DNA of 57,174 bases from an uncultured Deinococcales bacterium (lineage in GTDB: Bacteria; Deinococcota; Deinococci; Deinococcales; JAAFIG01). The notes below the pieces were generated by a model. The model had not been told where the DNA came from. It was given only the letters and a program-made list of their open reading frames with translations, and did no database searches. The stretch covers positions 1 through 57,174 of the forward strand of contig CAXTTL010000007.1 of NCBI GenBank assembly GCA_964247135.1, read 5' to 3'. Positions 47,736 through 55,644 of this stretch are shown piece after piece; positions within the stretch are counted from its first letter, which is position 1; every line of letters starts with the position of its first letter. The position numbers and the translations under genes are program-made.

Positions 47736-49628
47736 ATGAAGAAGTGGTTTTTTCTGATCATGGTTGTGCTTGGTTTATTAAGCGCTTGCAACACAGACAA
47801 TCCGCCATCCGCTCCCAGCAATCTGAAAACCATTGCCAACGCGAGTAGCATCAGCCTCGTCTGGGATGCCTCAACTGGCGCAACCAGTTACACCATCGAA
47901 CGCAAAGTTGACACTGGAATCTTCAGTGCGCTCACAACCGTAAGCGCCATCCAATACAACGATACCGACGTGACCATAGGAACTGCTTACGCCTACCGCG
48001 TCCTGGCGAGCAATTCCAATGGAGCGAGTGCCTGGGCAGAAACCCCAACCGTGAGCCTCGCACCCACGGTGACCTATCAAGCCAACCCGCTGACCGTTCA
48101 ACCACAATACGCGACTGCTGGGGCAACCAGCGCAGAGATCGGACCAGAGGGCGGCACATTGAGCCTGGTGGATGCCAAAGGAACACGCTTTACCCTGAAG
48201 ATCAACCCCGACACGCTGTATTTCAAAACCACCTTCACCATGACACCTTTGACTTCTGCAAGCAATGCCCCAGGTGAGGTGGGCGTTCTGGGCGGTGTGC
48301 GAATCGAGCCAGAGGATGTCATTTTCCCAGACAGCGCGACATTGCAAATCGTACCGACCAGCGCCCCCGAAACCAGCAAATCCAGAATCGGCTTTGAGTT
48401 TTACGGGCAGGGAACTTCATTTCACTTGCGTCCGCTCGAGGATAACGATGCCAATAGCGATCCGCTCGAGACCACCTTGGCGTTATGGGATGGTGGAACG
48501 TTCGGGCTGATTGACTTAAATACAGAACAAGCAACAGTCCAAGCCAATCAGCGCTTTCCAAGCAGTCCGTTTGATGCCTTTGCCCAATTTTCAGCTTTGG
48601 AACAAATACAAAATACCAAAACCAAGACCACACGATTGGACAGAGCGGATAGGGTTTTCTTTGCTAAAGCCCTCTACGATGGCACACTCAACGGCATGTT
48701 TGAGCACAGTATTCAGGATTACCTGAGCGAGGCTGTGAGTCAGAGGGCAACAATTGCTAAGGCGGAAGCAAAATTTAAAGAATGGGTGGCTAACCTGAAG
48801 AAATGGAAATTGATTGATGATCCCGAAATTGCGCCATTGGTCGGGAAGGGCTGGATTCTTCTGGCAAAAGCTTACCTCGAGTCGGTTCGCAGATCAGTGA
48901 ACAGTTGCTTTGATGAAAAGAAACCAGGGCAAGGGTTTGTGGCAAATTATTGGGTCAAACTGGCAAGAAAAAAAATTGGCGATCCAATACCTATAACCAT
49001 CCAAGCTGCCATGAGCAGCGACCTAACAGCGCTCCTCGCCGAGGCGGAAAAGTGTTTTACTTTCACGCTCGAGTTTGATTCACATTTGGCAGCGGTTGCA
49101 CCGAACAAATTATTACTTGACATCGAAGTCAACGCAATTGGGAATTTGAGTTTCGATCAAGCAGTCATTCCACTCGAGCCTAAACATTTCAACATTGACG
49201 TGCTTGGGAAGTGCGGGAAAGTTGACAGCATTACTCACCATTTAGGTGATCCTGGTCGGTACACAATGACTGTCACGGTGTCAGATGAAGTTGATCTCAA
49301 GGAAGAGCGCCAAAACAACTTTAGCGCCATTGTTTTGAAGTACAATCCTGGCAATACACTCCAAGGTTATAGACTTTTGGATACGTGCCAATCGCTCCCT
49401 CCAATAGTTGTTCCACCAGAAACACCACTTTGGTTTGCATATTTCTATTTACTCCATGAAAACGAATACACTACTTCAACAGCATTATTTAGCATCAATA
49501 CCTGGAGTGGCGAAATTGGGTTTGGTGATGCTTTCGCAGCTAAAACTTATACTGAAAAACTTTCCATCGATGGCACTGAAGTCAGCGGTACAACAACCAT
49601 TCGTATCAAACACACGCCGCAACGTTAA
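47736..49628 (+). CDS. Lipoprotein with fibronectin type III domain and uncharacterised C-terminal region
   Basis: AAGGAGG RBS; lipobox LSAC; PSAPSNL..ISLVW..YTIER..YAYRVLASN FN3 pattern; EIGPEGGTL ZU5-like start. Confidence 0.72.
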   Translation: MKKWFFLIMVVLGLLSACNTDNPPSAPSNLKTIANASSISLVWDASTGATSYTIERKVDTGIFSALTTVSAIQYNDTDVTIGTAYAYRVLASNSNGASAWAETPTVSLAPTVTYQANPLTVQPQYATAGATSAEIGPEGGTLSLVDAKGTRFTLKINPDTLYFKTTFTMTPLTSASNAPGEVGVLGGVRIEPEDVIFPDSATLQIVPTSAPETSKSRIGFEFYGQGTSFHLRPLEDNDANSDPLETTLALWDGGTFGLIDLNTEQATVQANQRFPSSPFDAFAQFSALEQIQNTKTKTTRLDRADRVFFAKALYDGTLNGMFEHSIQDYLSEAVSQRATIAKAEAKFKEWVANLKKWKLIDDPEIAPLVGKGWILLAKAYLESVRRSVNSCFDEKKPGQGFVANYWVKLARKKIGDPIPITIQAAMSSDLTALLAEAEKCFTFTLEFDSHLAAVAPNKLLLDIEVNAIGNLSFDQAVIPLEPKHFNIDVLGKCGKVDSITHHLGDPGRYTMTVTVSDEVDLKEERQNNFSAIVLKYNPGNTLQGYRLLDTCQSLPPIVVPPETPLWFAYFYLLHENEYTTSTALFSINTWSGEIGFGDAFAAKTYTEKLSIDGTEVSGTTTIRIKHTPQR

Positions 49629-49641
49629 ATTTTAGGAGGTC

Positions 49642-50808
49642 ATGATGAAAAAACAAGTCGCATTTTTTGGCGTCATCGCACTGCTGGGGCTTGCCCTCGC
49701 GCAGGCAACCTACAGCTTCACCATCAACGGTAAACCCACCAAACTCGAGACGCTCGAGAACAACGGCAAGGTCTTTGTCGAGGCGCAAAGTTTTGCCAAG
49801 GCACTTGGGGCAAGTGTGACGTTTGACAAAACCAAACGCAGTTTTGTGATTGTCTCGAGCGGCGGGAACGCGGTAGCTGATGTGCAAGGCACGAGTCAAC
49901 AGGCGGGTGGCGAGGGTGTGCTCGGCAAGACCTACTCCCTGGGCAAGACCACCAACGCCCTCAACTTCACACTGACCAGCCTCGAGTTTAGCCTTGCGCC
50001 TGTGACCATGGACAATTACGTTTACGCCCCAAAAGCGAACGAGAAGCTCCTGGTGATGCACTACACCGTGCAAAACCCGCAAAAGAGCGAGCTGGGTGTG
50101 GCGTGGGATGCCTTCAAATTCACGGCAGTGGACTCAAAAGACATCAACATCGTGTTCAACAATTACGTGGCTCGAGACGGCACAACCAGTGTGTTTAACG
50201 GGCGACTGAAACCCGCACAGAAAATCAATTTGTTGGCAGCGTTTGCCGTGCCAGCTTCGGGCGCAATTCCAAAATTGATTGTTCAACGCGATTTGAACTC
50301 GAGCGTGCTGCGTTTTGATTTGCGCGGCAAGGTCAAACCACTGACAGCACCGTTTGCCGACCCAAGCGATGCCAGCGGCTCGAGTGTATTGACCGAAGTT
50401 CCCGCGCAGACTGGCACGTTTTACCCAGGCTCGAGTTTGGGCATCAAGCTCGAGGGCGTGGCGTTTTCTGACGAGAAGATGGACGGTAAAGTTCCAGAGG
50501 ATGGCAAGCGTTATTTGATTGCCACGTTCAGCATCAAAAACATTCTGGGTGCGGGTGCGAATCCCGTCGGTTTCTCTTACAGCAGTTTCAAGTTTGAACT
50601 GCGCGATGCCGGGGGCGACAAACAGGTTTTCAACGGTTATCTGATCAAAGCCACCCGCGACGAACACGCCGACGGCAGCCTGAAATCTGGTGAGGAGTAC
50701 CGCTTTCGGGTTTATTTCATGCTGCCAAAAGATTTGACGGCAAAAACCCTGGCGGTCTCTGAGGGTGAATCTCGAGCGTATGCCTTCGATGTCTCGAGTG
50801 CCAAGTAA
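49642..50808 (+). CDS. Secreted protein with two similar beta-sandwich (DUF4352-like) domains
   Basis: AGGAGG RBS, signal peptide; internal repeats FKFTAVDSKD..VFNNYV..LKPAQ and FKFELRDAGG..VFNGYL..LKSGE. Confidence 0.6.
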   Translation: MMKKQVAFFGVIALLGLALAQATYSFTINGKPTKLETLENNGKVFVEAQSFAKALGASVTFDKTKRSFVIVSSGGNAVADVQGTSQQAGGEGVLGKTYSLGKTTNALNFTLTSLEFSLAPVTMDNYVYAPKANEKLLVMHYTVQNPQKSELGVAWDAFKFTAVDSKDINIVFNNYVARDGTTSVFNGRLKPAQKINLLAAFAVPASGAIPKLIVQRDLNSSVLRFDLRGKVKPLTAPFADPSDASGSSVLTEVPAQTGTFYPGSSLGIKLEGVAFSDEKMDGKVPEDGKRYLIATFSIKNILGAGANPVGFSYSSFKFELRDAGGDKQVFNGYLIKATRDEHADGSLKSGEEYRFRVYFMLPKDLTAKTLAVSEGESRAYAFDVSSAK

Positions 50809-50826
50809 ATTTTCAGATTGAAAGCC

Positions 50827-52194
50827 TTATTGCAAAACCGTGTAAATCGGATTGGAGAGCAGCAGCGTGTTCTGCCATTCGCGCCCAACGCCATCTTGAC
50901 TTTGTGCGTCTTTGGCAAACACCTCGAGTCGATAATAACCAACTCGAGGTTCGGTATCTACAAACTCGAGTTTGATCTCTTCACTGGCGGAAATGTCTTG
51001 GTGGGCGTGATAAAAACCGTTTTTCATGACGATCACTCGAGCCGGAAATTGAAGTTTCCCAATTCGCGCCTCGAGCTTCACGGTTTCGCTCACCTCGAGT
51101 TCCTCGCCCATGCCCGCATGGTGCTCGCCTGAGGTTGCCGTAAACTCGAGCGTCGGTCCGAGGGTCACATATGCCCGACCCGCCCTCACGCCGTCCAGAA
51201 TCGCCTCAGACCGCAAGGCGCTCGAGTTGACGACTGTAAAGACCTGTCCGAGCCTGTGACGACCTTTGAAGGCATCGTGCGAGTCCGTTCCCGCCACGCC
51301 CGTAATCCGGTGTCCAGCCCGCAGCAAGCCATCCCAAAGCGTCAACATGGCGGTGTTGCTCGAGCCTTCCTGATGGTGGTAAACCTCGATGGCATCGCAC
51401 AGAGTCCAGTCAAATTCGTGATAGCGCCAGCCCAGATCGAGCGCGAACGGATGGTTGACGCAGACCAAACCACCCTGGTCTTTGGTGGCTCGAGCCGCGT
51501 CGTTGATGCTCCAGGTTTCGGCTTCGTCCACAAACGGGTTAACCCATTGTTCCAAACCGTGAAAGTTCGCGTGACCGCGATGCCCCGTCATCTCGAGGCT
51601 GGTGATGAGGCAGAGTTTCTCGTCTGAGAGTGATTTGAATTCTGCCCAAGCCGCCGTGGTGAAATGATCGGTCAGCGCCAGAAAATCCAGCCCGTAACGC
51701 CGCGCCGCCGCGACCAGTTCGGCAGTGCTCGAGCGACCGTCGGAGTGATGCGTGTGCGAATGCAACTCGCCGCGATACCAACCTGGCGTGTCGTTGCCGT
51801 TTTCAGCGGCGACAAAAGGCTCGAGTTTCAAACCCGTTTCCAAACCAGCTTCAACCGTGAGGGTGTAATCGACCATGTAAGCGGTGCGCTCGAGGTCAAG
51901 AAATGCCAGCCACTTTCCAGCTTCAATCTCGCCCGCGATTGCGCCGAGCGAACCGAAACCTTCACCAAACTCGAGCGTCTCTTCAATCAAACCCACCGCG
52001 CCTGGCAGCATCCTCGAGCCGCGATAACCGTTCGGTCCAAAGACGGAAAGGTACAACTGGCAGATGCCAGGTTTGTCGTAACGCAAACAAACCCGCAATT
52101 GTTTGATGCCTTCGGGCACGTCAAAGCTGTGACGCAAATACGCGGCTGTGGTTTCGGGCGAGACTGTGCCAGTGACCTCGAGTAACTTTTGCAT
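50827..52194 (-). CDS. PHP-domain metallohydrolase (CehA/McbA-like), paralog of 22793-24073
   Basis: WYRGELHSHTHHSDG, GLDFLALTDH, NHP, GTDSH, LSNPIY. Confidence 0.85.
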   Translation of the reverse strand: MQKLLEVTGTVSPETTAAYLRHSFDVPEGIKQLRVCLRYDKPGICQLYLSVFGPNGYRGSRMLPGAVGLIEETLEFGEGFGSLGAIAGEIEAGKWLAFLDLERTAYMVDYTLTVEAGLETGLKLEPFVAAENGNDTPGWYRGELHSHTHHSDGRSSTAELVAAARRYGLDFLALTDHFTTAAWAEFKSLSDEKLCLITSLEMTGHRGHANFHGLEQWVNPFVDEAETWSINDAARATKDQGGLVCVNHPFALDLGWRYHEFDWTLCDAIEVYHHQEGSSNTAMLTLWDGLLRAGHRITGVAGTDSHDAFKGRHRLGQVFTVVNSSALRSEAILDGVRAGRAYVTLGPTLEFTATSGEHHAGMGEELEVSETVKLEARIGKLQFPARVIVMKNGFYHAHQDISASEEIKLEFVDTEPRVGYYRLEVFAKDAQSQDGVGREWQNTLLLSNPIYTVLQ

Positions 52195-52296
52195 GAGGCA
52201 ATTCTTTTATGGTTTCGTCTTCGCCTTGTCAGCCACATTGGAAACGCACAGGGGAGCGACTCCCTGTGCGCCAAAAAAGGGGAATACCCGAGGGGT

Positions 52297-53559
52297 TTAT
52301 TGAGGCGTGCCGACACCCGCCGCCAAGCTCAGCGGTTTCTCGAGTTTGAGCCAGATCATTTCGTTGGCGTCTTTGACATCCTTGCCGCGTCCGCCCGTGC
52401 CAGGGTAATTGTTGTCGTTGGCAACCAGAATCGTGTTGGCGTCCAAGACCAGCACGTCTTCGATGGTCACATACGGAAATTTGAACATGCCGTTCACGCT
52501 GGACGGCGCAAGGCTGTTGGCGTCGTTGATGTTCATCAGGTCAACGACCAATTCTTTTTGCACCATGCCGCTGGCGTCTTTTTTGGAAAGGTCAATCTTG
52601 TAGACGCGTTTGAATTTGGCAGTCTCGCCCGAGGCTTGATCGCGCTCGAGCACCAGGTATTCGTTGTCGTTGATGACCGCAAAATCACCGATTGAATAGC
52701 TCTGGTCCTCGAGCTTGTAATACCCGATCACGCCCATGAATTTTTTGCTGGCGAGGTCAAACTCGTGAATCCGCAGCGTGCCCGGGGTGTCGCCCAAAAC
52801 CGTTCCCTCGAGCATTGGGTAGAGTTTGGTTTTGCTCGGATTGATCGCCATGCCCTCAAAGCCCCTCGAGGCGTTGAGGTTGGCTGGCGTGGGACTGCCT
52901 GGATTTGGGCTGCTGGCGAGCACGCTCGGGTTGTTCGGCGAACGCACCTGGTCTTTGCTGGGGTCTTTGCCCGCGCCAAAATCTGGGGTTGGAATCGGCG
53001 CCTCGAGCATCTTGCCCGTGGCGTCAATGTGCAGCAGGTACGGTCCAAATTCTTCGCCCAGCCAGATCGTGCCGTCCTTGGCGAGCACGAACGATTCGAG
53101 GTCAAAATCGCTGCCCGTCAAGAGGCGCTCAGGGCTGGCTTCGTTGACGATCAAGAAGGGAATTTTCTTGTCGGGGTCGCGCAGTTGAATGAACGTTCCA
53201 ACCTTCACGTCACCCGTGCCGCCGCTGGCGGTTTTGGCGGTTGGGGTGATCTGGTAAATGCGCAGCAAGAAGTCTGGGCTGTTGTACTTTGCGCCGTACC
53301 CGTTGTCGGGCATCATCCAATACGAGCCTTTGCTGGGTCCAAATTGAATGGCGCTGAAACCCTGCACGGGTTGACCCGCAAAGCGTGGTTGCTCGAGTTT
53401 TGCGCCCGTGCCGGTATATTGCCCCGAGGGAACGGTGCCATTAAAGGTATCGGCGGGCAGCATGGCAAAACCGACCAGATCGGTTTTGACTGTGCTTTGC
53501 GCCAGCGCGAGACTCAAACCAATTGCACCAAAAGCCAACAACAAGCGTGATCGCATCAT
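52297..53559 (-). CDS. Esterase-like activity of phytase family protein (secreted)
   Basis: GGAGG RBS; signal peptide; QGFSAI, MPDNGYG, FDLES, GEEFGPYL, SRGFEGMA, LERD, NDNNYP. Confidence 0.85.
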   Translation of the reverse strand: MMRSRLLLAFGAIGLSLALAQSTVKTDLVGFAMLPADTFNGTVPSGQYTGTGAKLEQPRFAGQPVQGFSAIQFGPSKGSYWMMPDNGYGAKYNSPDFLLRIYQITPTAKTASGGTGDVKVGTFIQLRDPDKKIPFLIVNEASPERLLTGSDFDLESFVLAKDGTIWLGEEFGPYLLHIDATGKMLEAPIPTPDFGAGKDPSKDQVRSPNNPSVLASSPNPGSPTPANLNASRGFEGMAINPSKTKLYPMLEGTVLGDTPGTLRIHEFDLASKKFMGVIGYYKLEDQSYSIGDFAVINDNEYLVLERDQASGETAKFKRVYKIDLSKKDASGMVQKELVVDLMNINDANSLAPSSVNGMFKFPYVTIEDVLVLDANTILVANDNNYPGTGGRGKDVKDANEMIWLKLEKPLSLAAGVGTPQ

Positions 53560-53956
53560 TGAAACCTCCGTAACTCGAGACGAATTTAAAGCTCGAGTGT
53601 CTGGGTTTTGCAATTCACAAAAAGCTGACAAAATCACCTGACGAAATCTTGAAACTCGAGTCGCAACATTGGCGCATGGCAAATTATGGCGCAAACTATT
53701 TACGCGAGGCGACCCGTTTGTTCCTTTCCAACTCGAGCTTCAAAACCCCAGCCGAGGCGGTGGAGGCTGGCATCCGCAGTGTTTCGGAATGGTGCGATTG
53801 CCTGAACCGCGTTCGCGTGGCATACGGTTTAAACGAAGGCAGTAACCGTCAAACCCGAGATGCCGTCTTTAATGATGGCGAAATGGCAGCCTAAAAACTT
53901 GAGGTGAAATCGGTATGAATCATCGTCGCCTGACTTAAGCCGCTTAAGGTTCGGGT

Positions 53957-55444
53957 GTGAAAAACAAAAAGATCGTTTTTGTCTCGAGCGCCCTGAGCAT
54001 CGCCGCGCTCGCCTCCGTCGCCCTCGTGACCCGCGCCCAACCGGCGGGCGCAATGGTCGGCGGCAACGCCATCAAGCATGTCTTGCTGATCAGCGTGGAC
54101 GGAATGCACGCATCCGACTTGACAGTGCTGCTCAAAACCAAACCCGACGCCAGCCTGGGTGCCCTCGCCAGCACGGGTCTGACGTACACCCAAGCCTCGA
54201 GCAGTATGCCCTCGGATTCGTTTCCTGGCTTGCTGGCGCTGGTCACGGGCGGCACGCCAAAAAGCACGGGCGTGTATTACGACAACAGCTATGACCGCAA
54301 CCTCTCCGCGCCAGGTTCAAAATGCGAAACCAAAGGCAGCGAGGTGGTGCTCGACGAGAGCGTCGATGTCAACCCCGATCTGGTCGTGACCAGCATCGAC
54401 CCGAACAAGCTGCCTCGAGACGGCAGCAAGAATTGTGCGCCCGTCTACCCGAGCCAGTTCGTGCGGGTCAACACGATTTTTGAGGTGGCAAAAGCCGCAG
54501 GTTTACCAACCGCCTGGGCAGACAAGCATCCCGCCTACGATTTGGTGAACGGACCGAGCGGCAAGGGTGTGGACGACCTCTACACGCCAGAAATCAACAG
54601 TGCCGACGGTACGACGGGCAGTGTGACCAAAACCGAAGCCTACGACGACACCAAAGTTCAGGCGGTCATCAATCAGGTCAACGGTTTAAGCTCGAGCGGC
54701 GCAACCTCGACAGTGCCAGCGATTTTTGGCATGAACTTTCAGGCGGTCAGTGTCGGACAAAAACTGGCGGGCAATGGTTACAGCGACGCTTCTGGCACGC
54801 CGAGCGCGGGTTTGCTCGATGCGATGGTGCACACCGACGCCAGCATCGGCAAAATTGTCGCGGCACTCAAAGCCGCCAAGTTGCTCGAGAGCACCGTGAT
54901 TGTCGTGACCGCCAAGCACGGACAATCACCGATTGACCCGAGCAAACGCAAGGTCGTGGTCGAAGACACGATTCCAAATCTGGTCGAGGGCGTTCAAAAA
55001 GGTCTTCTTGCCAAAGCCACCCAGGATGACGTCAGCTTGTTGTGGCTGACCGATGCCAGCAAGACGGCTGCCGTGGTCGCCAGCCTCAACAAAAACAAGG
55101 ACGCGGCGGGCATTGATAAAATTATTTCTGGTGCTGCCCTGAAAAAAATGTTTGCCGATCCAAGCACCGACTCTCGAGTGCCGAACATTGTGATTTTACC
55201 AAAAGAGGGCGTGATTTACGCTGGGGCAAAAGCCAGCAAACTCGCCGAACACGGCGGGTTTTCCAAGAACGACACCAACGTTGCCATGATCGTTTCAAAT
55301 CCAGGTTTGAAAGCCGCCACCTCGAGCGCCAACGTCACCACCACGCAAGTCGCACCGAGCATTCTTCAAGCCTTGGGCTTGGACCCAGCGCAACTGGGGG
55401 CGGTCAAGCTCGAGAAGACCAAAGTGCTGCCTGGTTTGTTTTAA
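53957..55444 (+). CDS. Alkaline phosphatase superfamily / nucleotide pyrophosphatase-like secreted protein
   Basis: GTG start; HVLLISVDGMH, PSDSFPG, VTAKHGQ, AEHGG, QVAPSIL. Confidence 0.85.
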   Translation: MKNKKIVFVSSALSIAALASVALVTRAQPAGAMVGGNAIKHVLLISVDGMHASDLTVLLKTKPDASLGALASTGLTYTQASSSMPSDSFPGLLALVTGGTPKSTGVYYDNSYDRNLSAPGSKCETKGSEVVLDESVDVNPDLVVTSIDPNKLPRDGSKNCAPVYPSQFVRVNTIFEVAKAAGLPTAWADKHPAYDLVNGPSGKGVDDLYTPEINSADGTTGSVTKTEAYDDTKVQAVINQVNGLSSSGATSTVPAIFGMNFQAVSVGQKLAGNGYSDASGTPSAGLLDAMVHTDASIGKIVAALKAAKLLESTVIVVTAKHGQSPIDPSKRKVVVEDTIPNLVEGVQKGLLAKATQDDVSLLWLTDASKTAAVVASLNKNKDAAGIDKIISGAALKKMFADPSTDSRVPNIVILPKEGVIYAGAKASKLAEHGGFSKNDTNVAMIVSNPGLKAATSSANVTTTQVAPSILQALGLDPAQLGAVKLEKTKVLPGLF

Positions 55445-55458
55445 ACCAATTTTTCGAG

Positions 55459-55500
55459 CGCCAGCGGTTGGAGTTTTCCGACCGCTGGCGTTTTTGTTTT
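55459..55500 (+). terminator. Rho-independent terminator
   Basis: CGCCAGCGGTTGGA-GTTT-TCCGACCGCTGGCG followed by TTTTTGTTTT. Confidence 0.85.
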
Positions 55501-55520
55501 GGTCCGCTTGAGAATCAAAA

Positions 55521-55558
55521 CTGTCACGCGCCTGTCAACCCCTGTCAGCGAGTGGTCA
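55521..55558 (+). promoter_or_regulatory. Pho-box-like array CTGTCA x3 plus GGTCA
   Basis: CTGTCA at 55521, 55532, 55542 and GGTCA at 55554 (11/10/11-bp period); matches the PhoB half-site CTGTCA. Confidence 0.65.
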
Positions 55559-55644
55559 GTCACCCATTGATGACAAAACCGCACTAGGGTTGCCCTCGAG
55601 TCTCTTTTACAAATCAAGACGGCTTGGAAATCAATGGGGGTTGT

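Noticed and set aside
46883-47851. 322-aa minus-strand ORF
   Set aside because: Overlaps two plus-strand lipoprotein genes that have good RBS and lipoboxes; no motifs
53560-53694. Upstream extensions of several ORFs (phytase-like 53694, SBP 17788, MBL 38210, FN3 47679)
   Set aside because: Downstream ATGs have clear RBS and, where relevant, place the signal peptide at the N-terminus
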